Shown piece by piece: positions 40,220-50,489 of a stretch of 64,000 nucleotides of DNA. The notes beneath the pieces were generated by a model. The model was not told where the DNA came from. It worked only from the letters and a program-made list of their open reading frames with translations, and searched no databases. The first letter of the stretch is position 1. The number at the start of each line of letters is the position of its first letter. The DNA comes from a virus. Both the position numbers and the translations under genes were made by a program. The stretch is from the IMG/VR virus record IMGVR_UViG_3300009164_005114, positions 18,856 to 82,855 of that record. The stretch is one strand, 5' to 3'.

Positions 40220-40887
40220 TTTTAAATGATGACTTAGGGGTAAATAAAGATGTTTTATATAAGATTACATCAAAATATACTGAATCAATATTTGTTGATT
40301 TAGGAGTTAGAGAAGGTCTCTCTTCTAAAATAATGTTATCGGATTCTGTTAAGAATAATAATAAAGTATTTGGTGTTGATGTTGATTGGGGTATGTTAAA
40401 CTCTGAAGTGAAATCTCACCCTAACTATACAACAATTTTAGGTGATTCATCTACTGTTGGGAAATATTGGAATGAAAAAATAAACGGGTTATTTGTAGAT
40501 ACTTTTCATATTAAAGACCAAGTTTTATCTGAATTATATTTTTGGTATCCCCATATTAAAGAAGGCGGTTTTATTGCTTTCCATGACACAAATTGGCCAC
40601 AAGGTCAACATGATGAATATGGAGGGATTACTTGGGGTAGAGTTGAAGAGGGGGTTAAATCATTCTTTAATGTTGATTCTCTAAACTATGAAGATGAACA
40701 CATTAAGATGATTAATTATCCTGAATCGTGGGGACTAACAATTGTTGAAATCAAAAAGAAAAAAGACTATGTTTCCGAGTTTCCTAACTGGAAAGAAATT
40801 ATTGATAGAAGAAATCATTTAATTAGTCTTTTTTGGAATGAAGAAAATAAATCTGATGTTAAAATTGACTTAGTATTAAATGTATGA
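40216..40887 (+). CDS. Class I SAM-dependent methyltransferase (Methyltransf_24-like)
   Basis: VDLGVREGLS, GDS, FVDTFH, GGFIAFHD. Confidence 0.8.
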   Translation: MILNDDLGVNKDVLYKITSKYTESIFVDLGVREGLSSKIMLSDSVKNNNKVFGVDVDWGMLNSEVKSHPNYTTILGDSSTVGKYWNEKINGLFVDTFHIKDQVLSELYFWYPHIKEGGFIAFHDTNWPQGQHDEYGGITWGRVEEGVKSFFNVDSLNYEDEHIKMINYPESWGLTIVEIKKKKDYVSEFPNWKEIIDRRNHLISLFWNEENKSDVKIDLVLNV

Positions 40888-41977
40888 TTATGTAATAGTA
40901 GGTAGCGGATTCTTTGGTTCTATATGTGCTAGAGAGCTAACTGATAACGGATACAAATGTTTGGTGATTGAAAATCGCAATCATATTGGTGGTAATTGTC
41001 ATACCGAAAAAAGAGACAATATTAATATCCATACATATGGACCACATATTTTTCACACCTCAGATGAAGAAATTTGGAATTGGATTAACAAATATGTTAA
41101 GTTCAATAACTTTACTTTAACTCCTGTCGCAAATTATAATGGTGAAATATATTCATTACCTTTTAGTATGTGGACATTCAATAAATTATGGAATGTAACA
41201 ACACCTGAAGAAGCCAAAGAGATTATTAAATCTCAATCAATGGACATTGATGAACCTAAAAATTTAGAAGAACAAGCAATAAAATTAGTTGGTAGAGATG
41301 TGTACGAAAAATTAATTAAAGGTTACACCGCAAAACAATGGAGAAAAGACCCTAAAGATTTACCAAAAGAAATTATTAAAAGATTACCCGTTAGATTTAC
41401 ATACGATAACAATTATTTTAATGACACATATCAAGGAATACCTATTGGTGGGTATACTCAAATTTTTGAAAAGTTATTAGATGGTATTGAGGTTAAATTA
41501 AATGTCGACTACTTTGAAAATAAAGAATATTGGGATAGTATCTCCGATAAAGTAATTTATACAGGTCCAATTGATAGATTCTATGATTATCAGTTTGGTG
41601 AGTTGGAATACAAGACGACTAAATTTGAACATGACAGATACCCTGAAGAAAATTTCCAAGGGACTGCGGTAATGAATTATACAGATTTGAAAATATCTTA
41701 TACAAGAATTATTGAACATAAACATTTTGAAAAATCTGAATCCCCTGTAAGTTGGATAACTTACGAAACTCCTGTTGAATATCGTGCAAATGAAACTGAA
41801 CCGTATTACCCAGTTAACGATTCAGAAAACAATTTAAAATATTCAAAATATAAAGAATTGTCAGATTCACAATCAAAATACATTTTTGGTGGTAGATTGG
41901 CACAATACAAATATTACGACATGCACCAAGTAATACAAAGTGCGTTAGACACCGTAAAAACATTAATAAAAAAATAA
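40880..41977 (+). CDS. glf: UDP-galactopyranose mutase
   Basis: GSGFFG, HIGGNC, YGPHIFHT, YQGIP, EPYYP, GRLAQYKYYDMHQ. Confidence 0.95.
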   Translation: MYDYVIVGSGFFGSICARELTDNGYKCLVIENRNHIGGNCHTEKRDNINIHTYGPHIFHTSDEEIWNWINKYVKFNNFTLTPVANYNGEIYSLPFSMWTFNKLWNVTTPEEAKEIIKSQSMDIDEPKNLEEQAIKLVGRDVYEKLIKGYTAKQWRKDPKDLPKEIIKRLPVRFTYDNNYFNDTYQGIPIGGYTQIFEKLLDGIEVKLNVDYFENKEYWDSISDKVIYTGPIDRFYDYQFGELEYKTTKFEHDRYPEENFQGTAVMNYTDLKISYTRIIEHKHFEKSESPVSWITYETPVEYRANETEPYYPVNDSENNLKYSKYKELSDSQSKYIFGGRLAQYKYYDMHQVIQSALDTVKTLIKK

Positions 41978-41978
41978 C

Positions 41979-42779
41979 ATGTATAATTTGTCAGTAATAT
42001 CAAGTTTTGGTTTAGACGTTAGTTTTCAAACCGAAAAATTTTGTGAATTGTACGCGGATATGATTCCAAACACACCTAAAGAGTCAATTAGGATTTTATG
42101 GGTTATGGAACCCAATGGAGTTTCAGGGTTTAGACAGAACGCAATAGATAACCATGGAAAATTTGATTTAATTTTAACTGGTGATAAAGAAATTTTGGCA
42201 TCATGCCCAAATGCAAAACTGTTCCCTTATGGTACAACTTGGATTAAAGATTTTGAATTTCCTGAACAAAAAGAATATTGTATTACAACATTAATTGGAG
42301 GTAAGACACAATGTTCGGGTCATGTATTAAGACATTCAGTACCTGAAAAAAGTAAATTAATAACATCAATTCCTGTTCATTTATATAACAGCATTAATAC
42401 TTCGTTTACCCCATTACCTGAAATGAGAAAAATGAAAAGTAATTTGTGGAAGAATGAATTATTTTATTCCCAATTTCATATTGTAATTGAAAATGTGACT
42501 GAGGATAATTGGTTTACAGAAAAATTAATTGATTGTTTCCAAACAAAAACAATTCCAATTTATATTGGATGTGATAATATTGGAGATTATTTTGATTTAA
42601 GGGGTATGTTCCATGTAAAAACATTAGATGAAATGGTTGAGGTATGTAATACAATTACACCTGAAACATATCAAAATATTTTAGAATATGTTAATATAAA
42701 TTATGAAAAGTCCATGAATTACCATGACTTTAGAAAAAGGATTGAAAACGAAGTTAAATTATTTATTTCAAATAACTAA
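41979..42779 (+). CDS. GT10-like (fucosyl-type) glycosyltransferase
   Basis: FHIVIEN...WFTEKLIDCF..KTIPIYIG. Confidence 0.7.
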   Translation: MYNLSVISSFGLDVSFQTEKFCELYADMIPNTPKESIRILWVMEPNGVSGFRQNAIDNHGKFDLILTGDKEILASCPNAKLFPYGTTWIKDFEFPEQKEYCITTLIGGKTQCSGHVLRHSVPEKSKLITSIPVHLYNSINTSFTPLPEMRKMKSNLWKNELFYSQFHIVIENVTEDNWFTEKLIDCFQTKTIPIYIGCDNIGDYFDLRGMFHVKTLDEMVEVCNTITPETYQNILEYVNINYEKSMNYHDFRKRIENEVKLFISNN

Positions 42780-42782
42780 AAT

Positions 42783-43565
42783 ATGGATGTAGTATCAACA
42801 AGATTAATGGGCGGATTAGGAAACATAATGTTTCAAATTGCCGCAGCATATAGTGTATCTCTTAGAGATAATAAAGAAATGATTTGTGATACAAGGGATA
42901 TGATGATACCTCACAAACCATATACTTTTTATCTTGATAATATTTTTAGAAAAGTAAAATTTTCGGACAGCTTATCTATTTTAAATCCTATTGGAGAATG
43001 TGGATTCCATTACTGCGATATACCAAAAATTCAAGGTAATGTTAAGTTAATTGGTCATTTTCAAAGTGAAAAATATTTTATTAATCACAAAAATGAATTA
43101 TTAGATTTATTTGAAATTGATGAAAAAACTAAAACAACTTTATTAGAAAAATACGGTGAGGTTCTTAATCAAGATACGTGTTCAATCCATGTTAGAAGAG
43201 GGGATTATTTAGGACTACCCAATCATCACCCAACTCAACCAATTAGTTATTATGAAAATGCAATTAAAATTATTGGAGAAGAAAAACATTTTTTAATATT
43301 TTCTGATGACATAAAATGGTGTGAAGAAAATTTTAATTTCTTAAAAAATAAAACATTTGTTTCAGGTAATCTGGACTATGAAGACCTATACCTAATGTCA
43401 ATGTGTAAACATAATATAATTGCCAACTCAACCTTTAGCTGGTGGGGAGCATGGTTAAATAAAAATGAAAGTAAACAAGTTGTTATACCATCAAAATGGT
43501 TTGGAATTTCTAATTCACATTTAAACACTAATGACTTATATTGTGATAAATGGATTAAACTATGA
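42783..43565 (+). CDS. GT11 alpha-1,2-fucosyl/colitosyl-transferase
   Basis: GGLGNIMFQ, FQSEKYF, HVRRGDY, FSDD, IIANSTFSWWGAWL. Confidence 0.9.
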   Translation: MDVVSTRLMGGLGNIMFQIAAAYSVSLRDNKEMICDTRDMMIPHKPYTFYLDNIFRKVKFSDSLSILNPIGECGFHYCDIPKIQGNVKLIGHFQSEKYFINHKNELLDLFEIDEKTKTTLLEKYGEVLNQDTCSIHVRRGDYLGLPNHHPTQPISYYENAIKIIGEEKHFLIFSDDIKWCEENFNFLKNKTFVSGNLDYEDLYLMSMCKHNIIANSTFSWWGAWLNKNESKQVVIPSKWFGISNSHLNTNDLYCDKWIKL

Positions 43566-44485
43566 AAGTATTAGTAACAGGTTCTAATGGATTACTAGGT
43601 AATGCATTAAAAGAATTATTAGGTGAAGGTCATATCTACCATACAAGAAAAGATGCTGATTTAACCGATGAAAAATTAACCAAAGAATACATCACACATC
43701 ATGTGAAAAATTCTGGAGTAGACACAATCATACATTGTGCAGCAAAGGTTGGAGGGGTTCAAGCAAACTCAACAAACAATGAAACATTTTTTATTGAGAA
43801 CTACAACATAAATAATAATGTTATAAGTGCGGCATTTGAGAATGGAGTTAAAAACTTTGTAAATTTATCCTCCACTTGTATTTTCCCCGACTCTAACATT
43901 ACATACCCACTAACAGCCGACCAAATAGATATCGCACCTCCTCACCCATCTAACCATGGGTATTCTTATGCAAAAAGATTATCAGGATATCAAACAAAAA
44001 TCATTAGACAATTAACGGGTAATAATTGGATTACAATTGTACCAACAAATGTTTATGGTCCACACGATAATTTCCATCCTGACCATAGTCACATGATTCC
44101 TGGTATTATTCACAGAGCGTATAACTGTAAACAAAATAATGAGGACTTTGTAGTTTGGGGAGATGGTAGTCCTTTAAGACAATTCATCCACTCAAAAGAT
44201 TTAGCGAAAGTTATTTTATGGGCAATTGATAATTGGAATAGTGATGTTCCATTTATGGCGGTTAACGATAACGAGCATTCAGTTATGGATATTGTTAAGA
44301 TAGTTGCCAAAAAATTTGAAATTGCAGATAACAATTTAATTTTTGACGAAACAAAACCAAGAGGTCAATTTAGAAAACCAGCAAAATCAGACATACCTAA
44401 AGATTACGAATACATTAACCTTGAAACAGGGATAACCGAAACCATTGATTGGTTTATTAACAACTATAATACATTAAGAAAATGA
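43562..44485 (+). CDS. GDP-L-fucose synthase / GDP-colitose synthase (Fcl/ColC-like)
   Basis: TGSNGLLG, AAKVGG, SSTCIFP, YSYAKR, PTNVYGPHDNF, WGDGSPLRQF. Confidence 0.9.
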   Translation: MKVLVTGSNGLLGNALKELLGEGHIYHTRKDADLTDEKLTKEYITHHVKNSGVDTIIHCAAKVGGVQANSTNNETFFIENYNINNNVISAAFENGVKNFVNLSSTCIFPDSNITYPLTADQIDIAPPHPSNHGYSYAKRLSGYQTKIIRQLTGNNWITIVPTNVYGPHDNFHPDHSHMIPGIIHRAYNCKQNNEDFVVWGDGSPLRQFIHSKDLAKVILWAIDNWNSDVPFMAVNDNEHSVMDIVKIVAKKFEIADNNLIFDETKPRGQFRKPAKSDIPKDYEYINLETGITETIDWFINNYNTLRK

Positions 44486-45642
44486 AAAGAATTGATTTAA
44501 TTCAAGACACTATTGATAACCAAGATATTGATAATTTAATTACATGGTTACAAAATTACCCAAGATTAACTAAAGGTTCAAAAACAATTGAATTTGAAAA
44601 TAAGTGGTCTCAATGGTTGGGGTCAAAATATTCTGTTTTTGTTAACTCAGGTTCATCCGCAAATTTACTTATGCTATACGCATTGAAAATTCTTAACAAA
44701 ATGAAGAACAATAAAGTTTGTGTCCCAACATTATGTTGGGCAACAGATTTGGCGCCTGTACTTCAATTTGATATGGAACCATTATTGATTGACTGTAATT
44801 TAGATAATTTGTCAGTTGATTTAGAACATTTGGAGGAAGTGTTTAAAACCGAAAATCCATCTGTATTAATTTTAGTTTCAGTATTGGGATTATCACCTGA
44901 TATGGATTCTATTGTTGAGTTGTGTAAAAAATATGATGTTATATTACTTGAAGACAACTGTGAGTCACAGGGGACTAAATTCAAAGGTACTAAACTTGGT
45001 AACTTTGGTTTAATGTCATCATTCTCAACTTATTTTGGTCACACTATGTCGACAATTGAAGGTGGAATTATTTCAACAAACGATGAAGAAATTTACAACA
45101 CATTACTACAACTTAGAAGTCACGGTTGGGATAGAGATTTATCTACGGACAAACAACAAGAATTAAGAAAAGAATGGGATGTGACTGATTTTTCAGCATT
45201 ATACACATTTTACATACCAGGATTTAATTTAAGAAGCACTGATTTGCAAGCTCAAATAGGTATCAAACAATTAGATAAAGTTGATGGAATGATTAACAAT
45301 AGATACGAGAACTTTTTATACTACAAATCTAAATTAGAAGGTAAAACATGGTTCCCAAAAACTTTTGACGATAGTTACACTTCAAACTTTGCAATTCCTT
45401 TTATTACCAAAACTATTGAAGATAAAGAAAATTTAATTAAGGAGTTAGACGAAAATAACATTGCTTGTCGACCATTAATCTCAGGTTCAATGGGTACTCA
45501 ACCATTCTATAAAAAATTATATGGTGAGAATAAATTACCTAAATGTAATATTATAGATGAAAGAGGAATCTATGTTCCTAATCATGATAAAATGAATAAA
45601 GAAGATATTGACAGGATTTGTGATATCTTATTAAAATATTAA
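44482..45642 (+). CDS. DegT/DnrJ-family PLP enzyme, ColD-like GDP-4-keto-6-deoxymannose 3-dehydratase
   Basis: VNSGSSANLL, EDNCES, RSHGW.R, PGFNLR; His at the Schiff-base Lys position (FGHTMSTIEGG). Confidence 0.8.
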   Translation: MKRIDLIQDTIDNQDIDNLITWLQNYPRLTKGSKTIEFENKWSQWLGSKYSVFVNSGSSANLLMLYALKILNKMKNNKVCVPTLCWATDLAPVLQFDMEPLLIDCNLDNLSVDLEHLEEVFKTENPSVLILVSVLGLSPDMDSIVELCKKYDVILLEDNCESQGTKFKGTKLGNFGLMSSFSTYFGHTMSTIEGGIISTNDEEIYNTLLQLRSHGWDRDLSTDKQQELRKEWDVTDFSALYTFYIPGFNLRSTDLQAQIGIKQLDKVDGMINNRYENFLYYKSKLEGKTWFPKTFDDSYTSNFAIPFITKTIEDKENLIKELDENNIACRPLISGSMGTQPFYKKLYGENKLPKCNIIDERGIYVPNHDKMNKEDIDRICDILLKY

Positions 45643-45647
45643 TAAAA

Positions 45648-46436
45648 ATGTTGAAGTACTTTAAACCTGCAAGAGGTAATGGAGTTCACCAAAGAGGTTA
45701 TTTTTCATACATAACCGAAGCTGTTGTTCATATACATAATGTACTATTAAATTACCCCGACGAAAAATTAAAAATTTATTACGACCTATCAGACATTGTA
45801 GGATACGGTAGTCAAAATATTTATGATGTTTGTTTTGTTCAAGATAAAAATGATTACTTAACAAATATTAATGATTATTCTAATATTGAATTGGTCAATT
45901 ATATTTCACCATTAAATGCTTATGAAAGTGAAACATTTACACTTGAAAACTTAAAAATGTGTGAATCAATTATTAAGGAAAATTTCATATTAAATGACGA
46001 AATGAAACAATTGTTTTCATCAAGACATTCCCAAATTGATTTTACAAAAACTATAGGATTTCATAGGAGAGCCACAGATATGGCAGATGTGCATCATATA
46101 CCAACAATAGATTTATCTGAAATCTTTAATATATTAGAAAAAGAAGAGTTTGAAAATGTATTTTTAATGTGTGATAACCTTAATGATTTAAACCAATTCA
46201 GACAAAGATATGGTAATAAACTAATAACTTTTGATGAATTTACGTCATCAAAAACTGAAGACAACCCATTCTTTAAATTAAAAAATGACGAGGAATCAAT
46301 TAAACAACACATACAAGAAATTGTTTTTGGGGCATATACATTAGGAATGACTAAAAAATTAGTTTGCACTAAATCAAATCTATCAACATTTTCAATTTTC
46401 TCAAACTCACAATTAAACTACACAAGATTAAATTAA
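45648..46436 (+). CDS. NodZ/GT23-like GDP-sugar transferase
   Basis: IGFHRRATD, FLMCD, SNLS. Confidence 0.6.
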   Translation: MLKYFKPARGNGVHQRGYFSYITEAVVHIHNVLLNYPDEKLKIYYDLSDIVGYGSQNIYDVCFVQDKNDYLTNINDYSNIELVNYISPLNAYESETFTLENLKMCESIIKENFILNDEMKQLFSSRHSQIDFTKTIGFHRRATDMADVHHIPTIDLSEIFNILEKEEFENVFLMCDNLNDLNQFRQRYGNKLITFDEFTSSKTEDNPFFKLKNDEESIKQHIQEIVFGAYTLGMTKKLVCTKSNLSTFSIFSNSQLNYTRLN

Positions 46437-47417
46437 ATGTCAAAAAAAATTGCACTTATAACAGGAATCAACGGACAAGACGGTTCTTATTTAGCAGAGT
46501 TTTTACTTGATAAAGGATATGAAGTTCATGGTACCTTAAAAAGAAACTCAGTTGCCGAAAATCAAACGGCAAGATTGGATAACATATTCAATCAAATTAA
46601 ATTACATTATGCAGATTTAACAGATTTATCTTCTTTAATATCAGTAATTCAAAAAACAAATCCTGATGAAATTTACAACTTAGCTGCTCAGTCACATGTT
46701 AGGATTTCATTTGACCAACCAATATATACCGCCAATGTTACGGGTATTGGAACTCTTAATTTATTAGAGGCGGTTAAATTAATTAAACCATCCGTTAAAA
46801 TATACCAAGCATCTTCTTCAGAAATGTTTGGAAATTCCATTGACGAAGATGGATTCCAAAGAGAATCTACCCCATTAAATCCTGTATCTCCTTATGGATG
46901 TGCTAAAGTGTTTAGTTATAACATTGTAAGAAACTACCGAAACTCATATGGTATGTTTATTTCTAATGGTATTTTGTTTAATCACGAATCACCAAGAAGA
47001 GGGACAAATTTTGTAACTAATAAAGTTTGTAAAGAAGTCGTAAAAATACATTTAGGATTATCTAATGAATTAAAATTAGGTAATTTGGAGGCCACAAGAG
47101 ATTGGGGACACGCTAAAGATTATGTAAAAGCAATGTGGATGATATTACAACAAGATAAACCAGATGATTTTGTATGTTCAACGGGTATATCTCATTCAGT
47201 ACAAGATTTATGTGAGTATACATTCTCAAAATTTGGATTAAATTTTAGAGATTATGTAACTGTTGATGAAAAATTTTTACGACCAGAGGAACTTCACAAT
47301 TTAAAAGGTGATAGTTCTAAATTAAATAATATTACAGGGTGGACTCCAGAATACACCTTTGAAACAATGTTAGATGAAATGTTGGAATTTTGGATAAATT
47401 ATTATACTAAAAAATAA
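46437..47417 (+). CDS. gmd: GDP-mannose 4,6-dehydratase
   Basis: ITGINGQDGSYLAE, NLAAQSHV, QASSSEMFG, SPYGCAK, NHESPRRG, RDWGHAKDYV. Confidence 0.95.
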   Translation: MSKKIALITGINGQDGSYLAEFLLDKGYEVHGTLKRNSVAENQTARLDNIFNQIKLHYADLTDLSSLISVIQKTNPDEIYNLAAQSHVRISFDQPIYTANVTGIGTLNLLEAVKLIKPSVKIYQASSSEMFGNSIDEDGFQRESTPLNPVSPYGCAKVFSYNIVRNYRNSYGMFISNGILFNHESPRRGTNFVTNKVCKEVVKIHLGLSNELKLGNLEATRDWGHAKDYVKAMWMILQQDKPDDFVCSTGISHSVQDLCEYTFSKFGLNFRDYVTVDEKFLRPEELHNLKGDSSKLNNITGWTPEYTFETMLDEMLEFWINYYTKK

Positions 47418-47422
47418 AAAAA

Positions 47423-47806
47423 ATGATAAATGTACCAGTAAGTATTGGTGAATTAATTGATAAATTATCAATTCTTCATGTAAAAAAAATTAAAGTTTCT
47501 AATCCTGAAAAATTAGAATTTATTAATAAAGAGTTTGAATTATTATATAATATGTCATCATATTATCTAAACGATGAAGAAATTTCAAAACAATACCATA
47601 TGTTAGTAGATATTAATTCTAAACTTTGGGAAGTTGAAGACAAACTAAGAGTGTTAGAAGTTGAAAAAAGATGGGATGCAGAATTTGTTGATTTAGCAAG
47701 AAAAGTATACTTTACAAATGATGAAAGATTTTCAGTTAAAAACAAAATTAATGAACTAACTAATTCAGAAGTTAGAGAACAAAAAGAATATGTTGAATAT
47801 AAATAA
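47423..47806 (+). CDS. DUF6165-like conserved protein
   Basis: VPVSIGELIDKLSIL, LWEVED, LARKVYFTNDERF. Confidence 0.65.
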   Translation: MINVPVSIGELIDKLSILHVKKIKVSNPEKLEFINKEFELLYNMSSYYLNDEEISKQYHMLVDINSKLWEVEDKLRVLEVEKRWDAEFVDLARKVYFTNDERFSVKNKINELTNSEVREQKEYVEYK

Positions 47807-47820
47807 ATTAAATTACTCTA

Positions 47821-48567
47821 ATGGCAAGACAAACTAAAAAACCAACACCTACTCCTTCGACTTATGAGGAGAAATCGGTAAGAACAAAAAAAGAAATAAT
47901 TTGTTCAATTATTAAAAGAAAAACAAAAGAAAAATTTTTAACTCAGACACAAAAAAATTATTACGATAAATTAATTTCAAGTGAGGTAACAATTTGTTCT
48001 GGTCCTGCAGGTGTGGGTAAAAGTTATATTACAATGAAAGCTGCGATTGATTTAATCTCAGACCCAAACACACCCTATGAAAAAATTATTATTGTAAGAC
48101 CAGCTGTTGAGGCTGAAGAAAAATTAGGTAGTTTACCTGGTAATGTTGAAGAAAAATTAGACCCTTATATTTTCCCATCTTATTATTTGTTAAACAAAAT
48201 AATTGGAAAAGAGACAAGAGAAAAATTAAAAGAGATTGAGGTTATTGAAGTTTTTGCATTGGCGTTTATGAGAGGTATGAACATTGATAATTCAATTTTA
48301 ATTTTTGAAGAAGGTCAAAATGCAACTCCAAGTCAAATGAAGTTATTATTAACAAGAATTGGATTTAATAGTAAATTCTTTATTTCAGGTGACGTTGAAC
48401 AATCTGATAGATACAAAAACAAAACACATAGTGGATTGTGGGATGCAATTGAAAAATTTAGGGGAGATGAAAACATCTCAACCTTTGAGTTTAAAGATAA
48501 AAATGATATTGTTAGAAATCCTTTAATTAGTAAAATCTTACAAAAATACGATAACGAAACAGAATGA
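47821..48567 (+). CDS. phoH: PhoH-family ATPase
   Basis: GPAGVGKS, RPAVEAEEKLG.LPG, AFMRG, LTRIG, GDVEQSD, VRNPL. Confidence 0.92.
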   Translation: MARQTKKPTPTPSTYEEKSVRTKKEIICSIIKRKTKEKFLTQTQKNYYDKLISSEVTICSGPAGVGKSYITMKAAIDLISDPNTPYEKIIIVRPAVEAEEKLGSLPGNVEEKLDPYIFPSYYLLNKIIGKETREKLKEIEVIEVFALAFMRGMNIDNSILIFEEGQNATPSQMKLLLTRIGFNSKFFISGDVEQSDRYKNKTHSGLWDAIEKFRGDENISTFEFKDKNDIVRNPLISKILQKYDNETE

Positions 48568-49160
48568 GAATAGGGGTAGAGTTGAATGGTGTTTTAAGAG
48601 ATACTTTAAGAAAAATTCAACAAGAGTATGAAAAATGGTATTTAGAAAATCCATTCAAAGAAGATGAGGAAAAATCAGAGTACGAAGTATTATCTGATTT
48701 GACCACTTTGAATATATTAAAACATCTTAAATTTAAAGATGAAGATGAATTATATAATTTTTTATATAAAGAACATACCATGGAAATTTTTGGTCATGCT
48801 GGCTCGGTTGAAATTTCAAGTATGATGGATTTTAACGAATTCTATTTAGACATGAGAGATAATCATGACATACTAATTGTTTCCGATGAAATGGGTAAAT
48901 CAAAACCTGCATCTCTTTTCTTTATTTCAAAATTTGGTTGTTTAGTTGAGACGGTAAAATTTTATAGTGAATCAACAATTAATTCACTATGGGATTCAAT
49001 AGACGTTTTACTTACTGCAAATCCTAAACTATTATTAAACCATCCTGAAGGAAAAATGGTTATTAAATATGAAACTTCATATAATTCTGATATTGAAACA
49101 AACCATTCAATAACGCATTTTAAACAACTAAAAACAAAAATAACAGAGATATATGATTAA
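48564..49160 (+). CDS. 5'-nucleotidase/HAD-like protein with degenerate motif I
   Basis: MRIGVELNGVLRD in place of the usual IGIDxDGVL. Confidence 0.55.
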   Translation: MRIGVELNGVLRDTLRKIQQEYEKWYLENPFKEDEEKSEYEVLSDLTTLNILKHLKFKDEDELYNFLYKEHTMEIFGHAGSVEISSMMDFNEFYLDMRDNHDILIVSDEMGKSKPASLFFISKFGCLVETVKFYSESTINSLWDSIDVLLTANPKLLLNHPEGKMVIKYETSYNSDIETNHSITHFKQLKTKITEIYD

Positions 49161-49434
49161 AGTATTAGGACAAAATTACTATATTGATTTGGACAAAGTA
49201 GAAGAATACTTGGATATGACAAATCAATTTCCCCCTGAAGAAATTTCAGGTACTACAGAAATGAAAATTAACATCATAAAATTTGAAATGGTGAAAATGT
49301 TAATGGATACAGTATTAACAGAACACGAAGAAATTGACGAACAATTAGGTTTAAAATCAAGTACAAGTACTAGTATACCATTCAGATTGGCATTCAATAG
49401 CTTATTAAACAAAAAACTTATAAATCATTATTAA
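49153..49434 (+). CDS. Hypothetical protein
   Basis: Translationally coupled 93-aa ORF. Confidence 0.6.
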   Translation: MIKVLGQNYYIDLDKVEEYLDMTNQFPPEEISGTTEMKINIIKFEMVKMLMDTVLTEHEEIDEQLGLKSSTSTSIPFRLAFNSLLNKKLINHY

Positions 49435-49435
49435 T

Positions 49436-50488
49436 ATGGAAACATCTTTAAACGAAAAAGTAAAACAGTCGATTCAAAATCTAAGAGACAAGAAATCTAG
49501 AATTTATTTCTTAGTACAAGATACTAAAGGGAATGCAAGAGCGTCTGTTAGATTAATTTATCAAATGGCTAAAACCCTTTTAGATTCAGGATTTAATCCT
49601 ATAATCCTTCATGAAAAATCAGATTACGCTGGCGTTATTGCTTGGCTTGACGAAGAATATATGTCAATCCCACACAAATCAATTGAAGGTCAAAATTTGG
49701 AGATTTCTCCTGAAGATTTTATAATCGTACCTGAATTATTTGGTTACATTATGGAACAAATTAAAAACTTACCTTGCGGTAAAATAGTTTTAACTCAAAA
49801 CTATAATAATATTGTAGAAACTCTACAACCTGGTCAAAATTGGCAACAATACGGATTCTTAAAATGTATTACAACTACAAAAAAACAAGAGGAATATATT
49901 GAAACGGTTATGAGACAAACAAGTTTTGATATTATTAAACCTTTAATTACCGATAGCTTTTACCCAAAAACTTTACCTGCAATGCCAATCATTGGTGTTC
50001 ATACTAAAGACCAATCAGATACAATTAACATTATTAAAACATTTTACCTTAAATTCCCTCAATATAGATGGTTCACATTTAGAGATTTAAGAGGTCTTTC
50101 TGAAATTGAATTTGGAAATTCTTTAAGAGATTGTTTTGTTAGTGTTTGGATTGACGAACAAAGTGGATTCGGTACATTCCCATTAGAATCAATGGCTTCA
50201 GGAGTACCAGTAATTGGTAAAGTACCTTACATGCAACCTGAGTGGATGAATGAGGATAACGGTATTTGGATTACTAACCCTACACTATTTTGTGATTTTA
50301 TTGCCGACTTTATTCAAAATTGGTTAGAAGATAATATCAAACCTGAACTTTATGACAACATGAAAAAAACTGTTGAAAATTATACTAATAAACAAGAATT
50401 TGATTCTACCGTTACTTCTTTATTTGAAGGGTATTTAAATCTAAGGGCAGATTCATTTGAAGAACAAATCGCTAAAACTGAAGAATAA
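49436..50488 (+). CDS. GT-B (GT4-like) glycosyltransferase
   Basis: IIVPE, GFGTFPLESMASGVPVIG. Confidence 0.75.
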   Translation: METSLNEKVKQSIQNLRDKKSRIYFLVQDTKGNARASVRLIYQMAKTLLDSGFNPIILHEKSDYAGVIAWLDEEYMSIPHKSIEGQNLEISPEDFIIVPELFGYIMEQIKNLPCGKIVLTQNYNNIVETLQPGQNWQQYGFLKCITTTKKQEEYIETVMRQTSFDIIKPLITDSFYPKTLPAMPIIGVHTKDQSDTINIIKTFYLKFPQYRWFTFRDLRGLSEIEFGNSLRDCFVSVWIDEQSGFGTFPLESMASGVPVIGKVPYMQPEWMNEDNGIWITNPTLFCDFIADFIQNWLEDNIKPELYDNMKKTVENYTNKQEFDSTVTSLFEGYLNLRADSFEEQIAKTEE

Positions 50489-50489
50489 T

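Noticed and set aside
44482-45642. Annotation as perosamine synthase / sugar aminotransferase
   Set aside because: The catalytic Lys position holds His, matching dehydratases.
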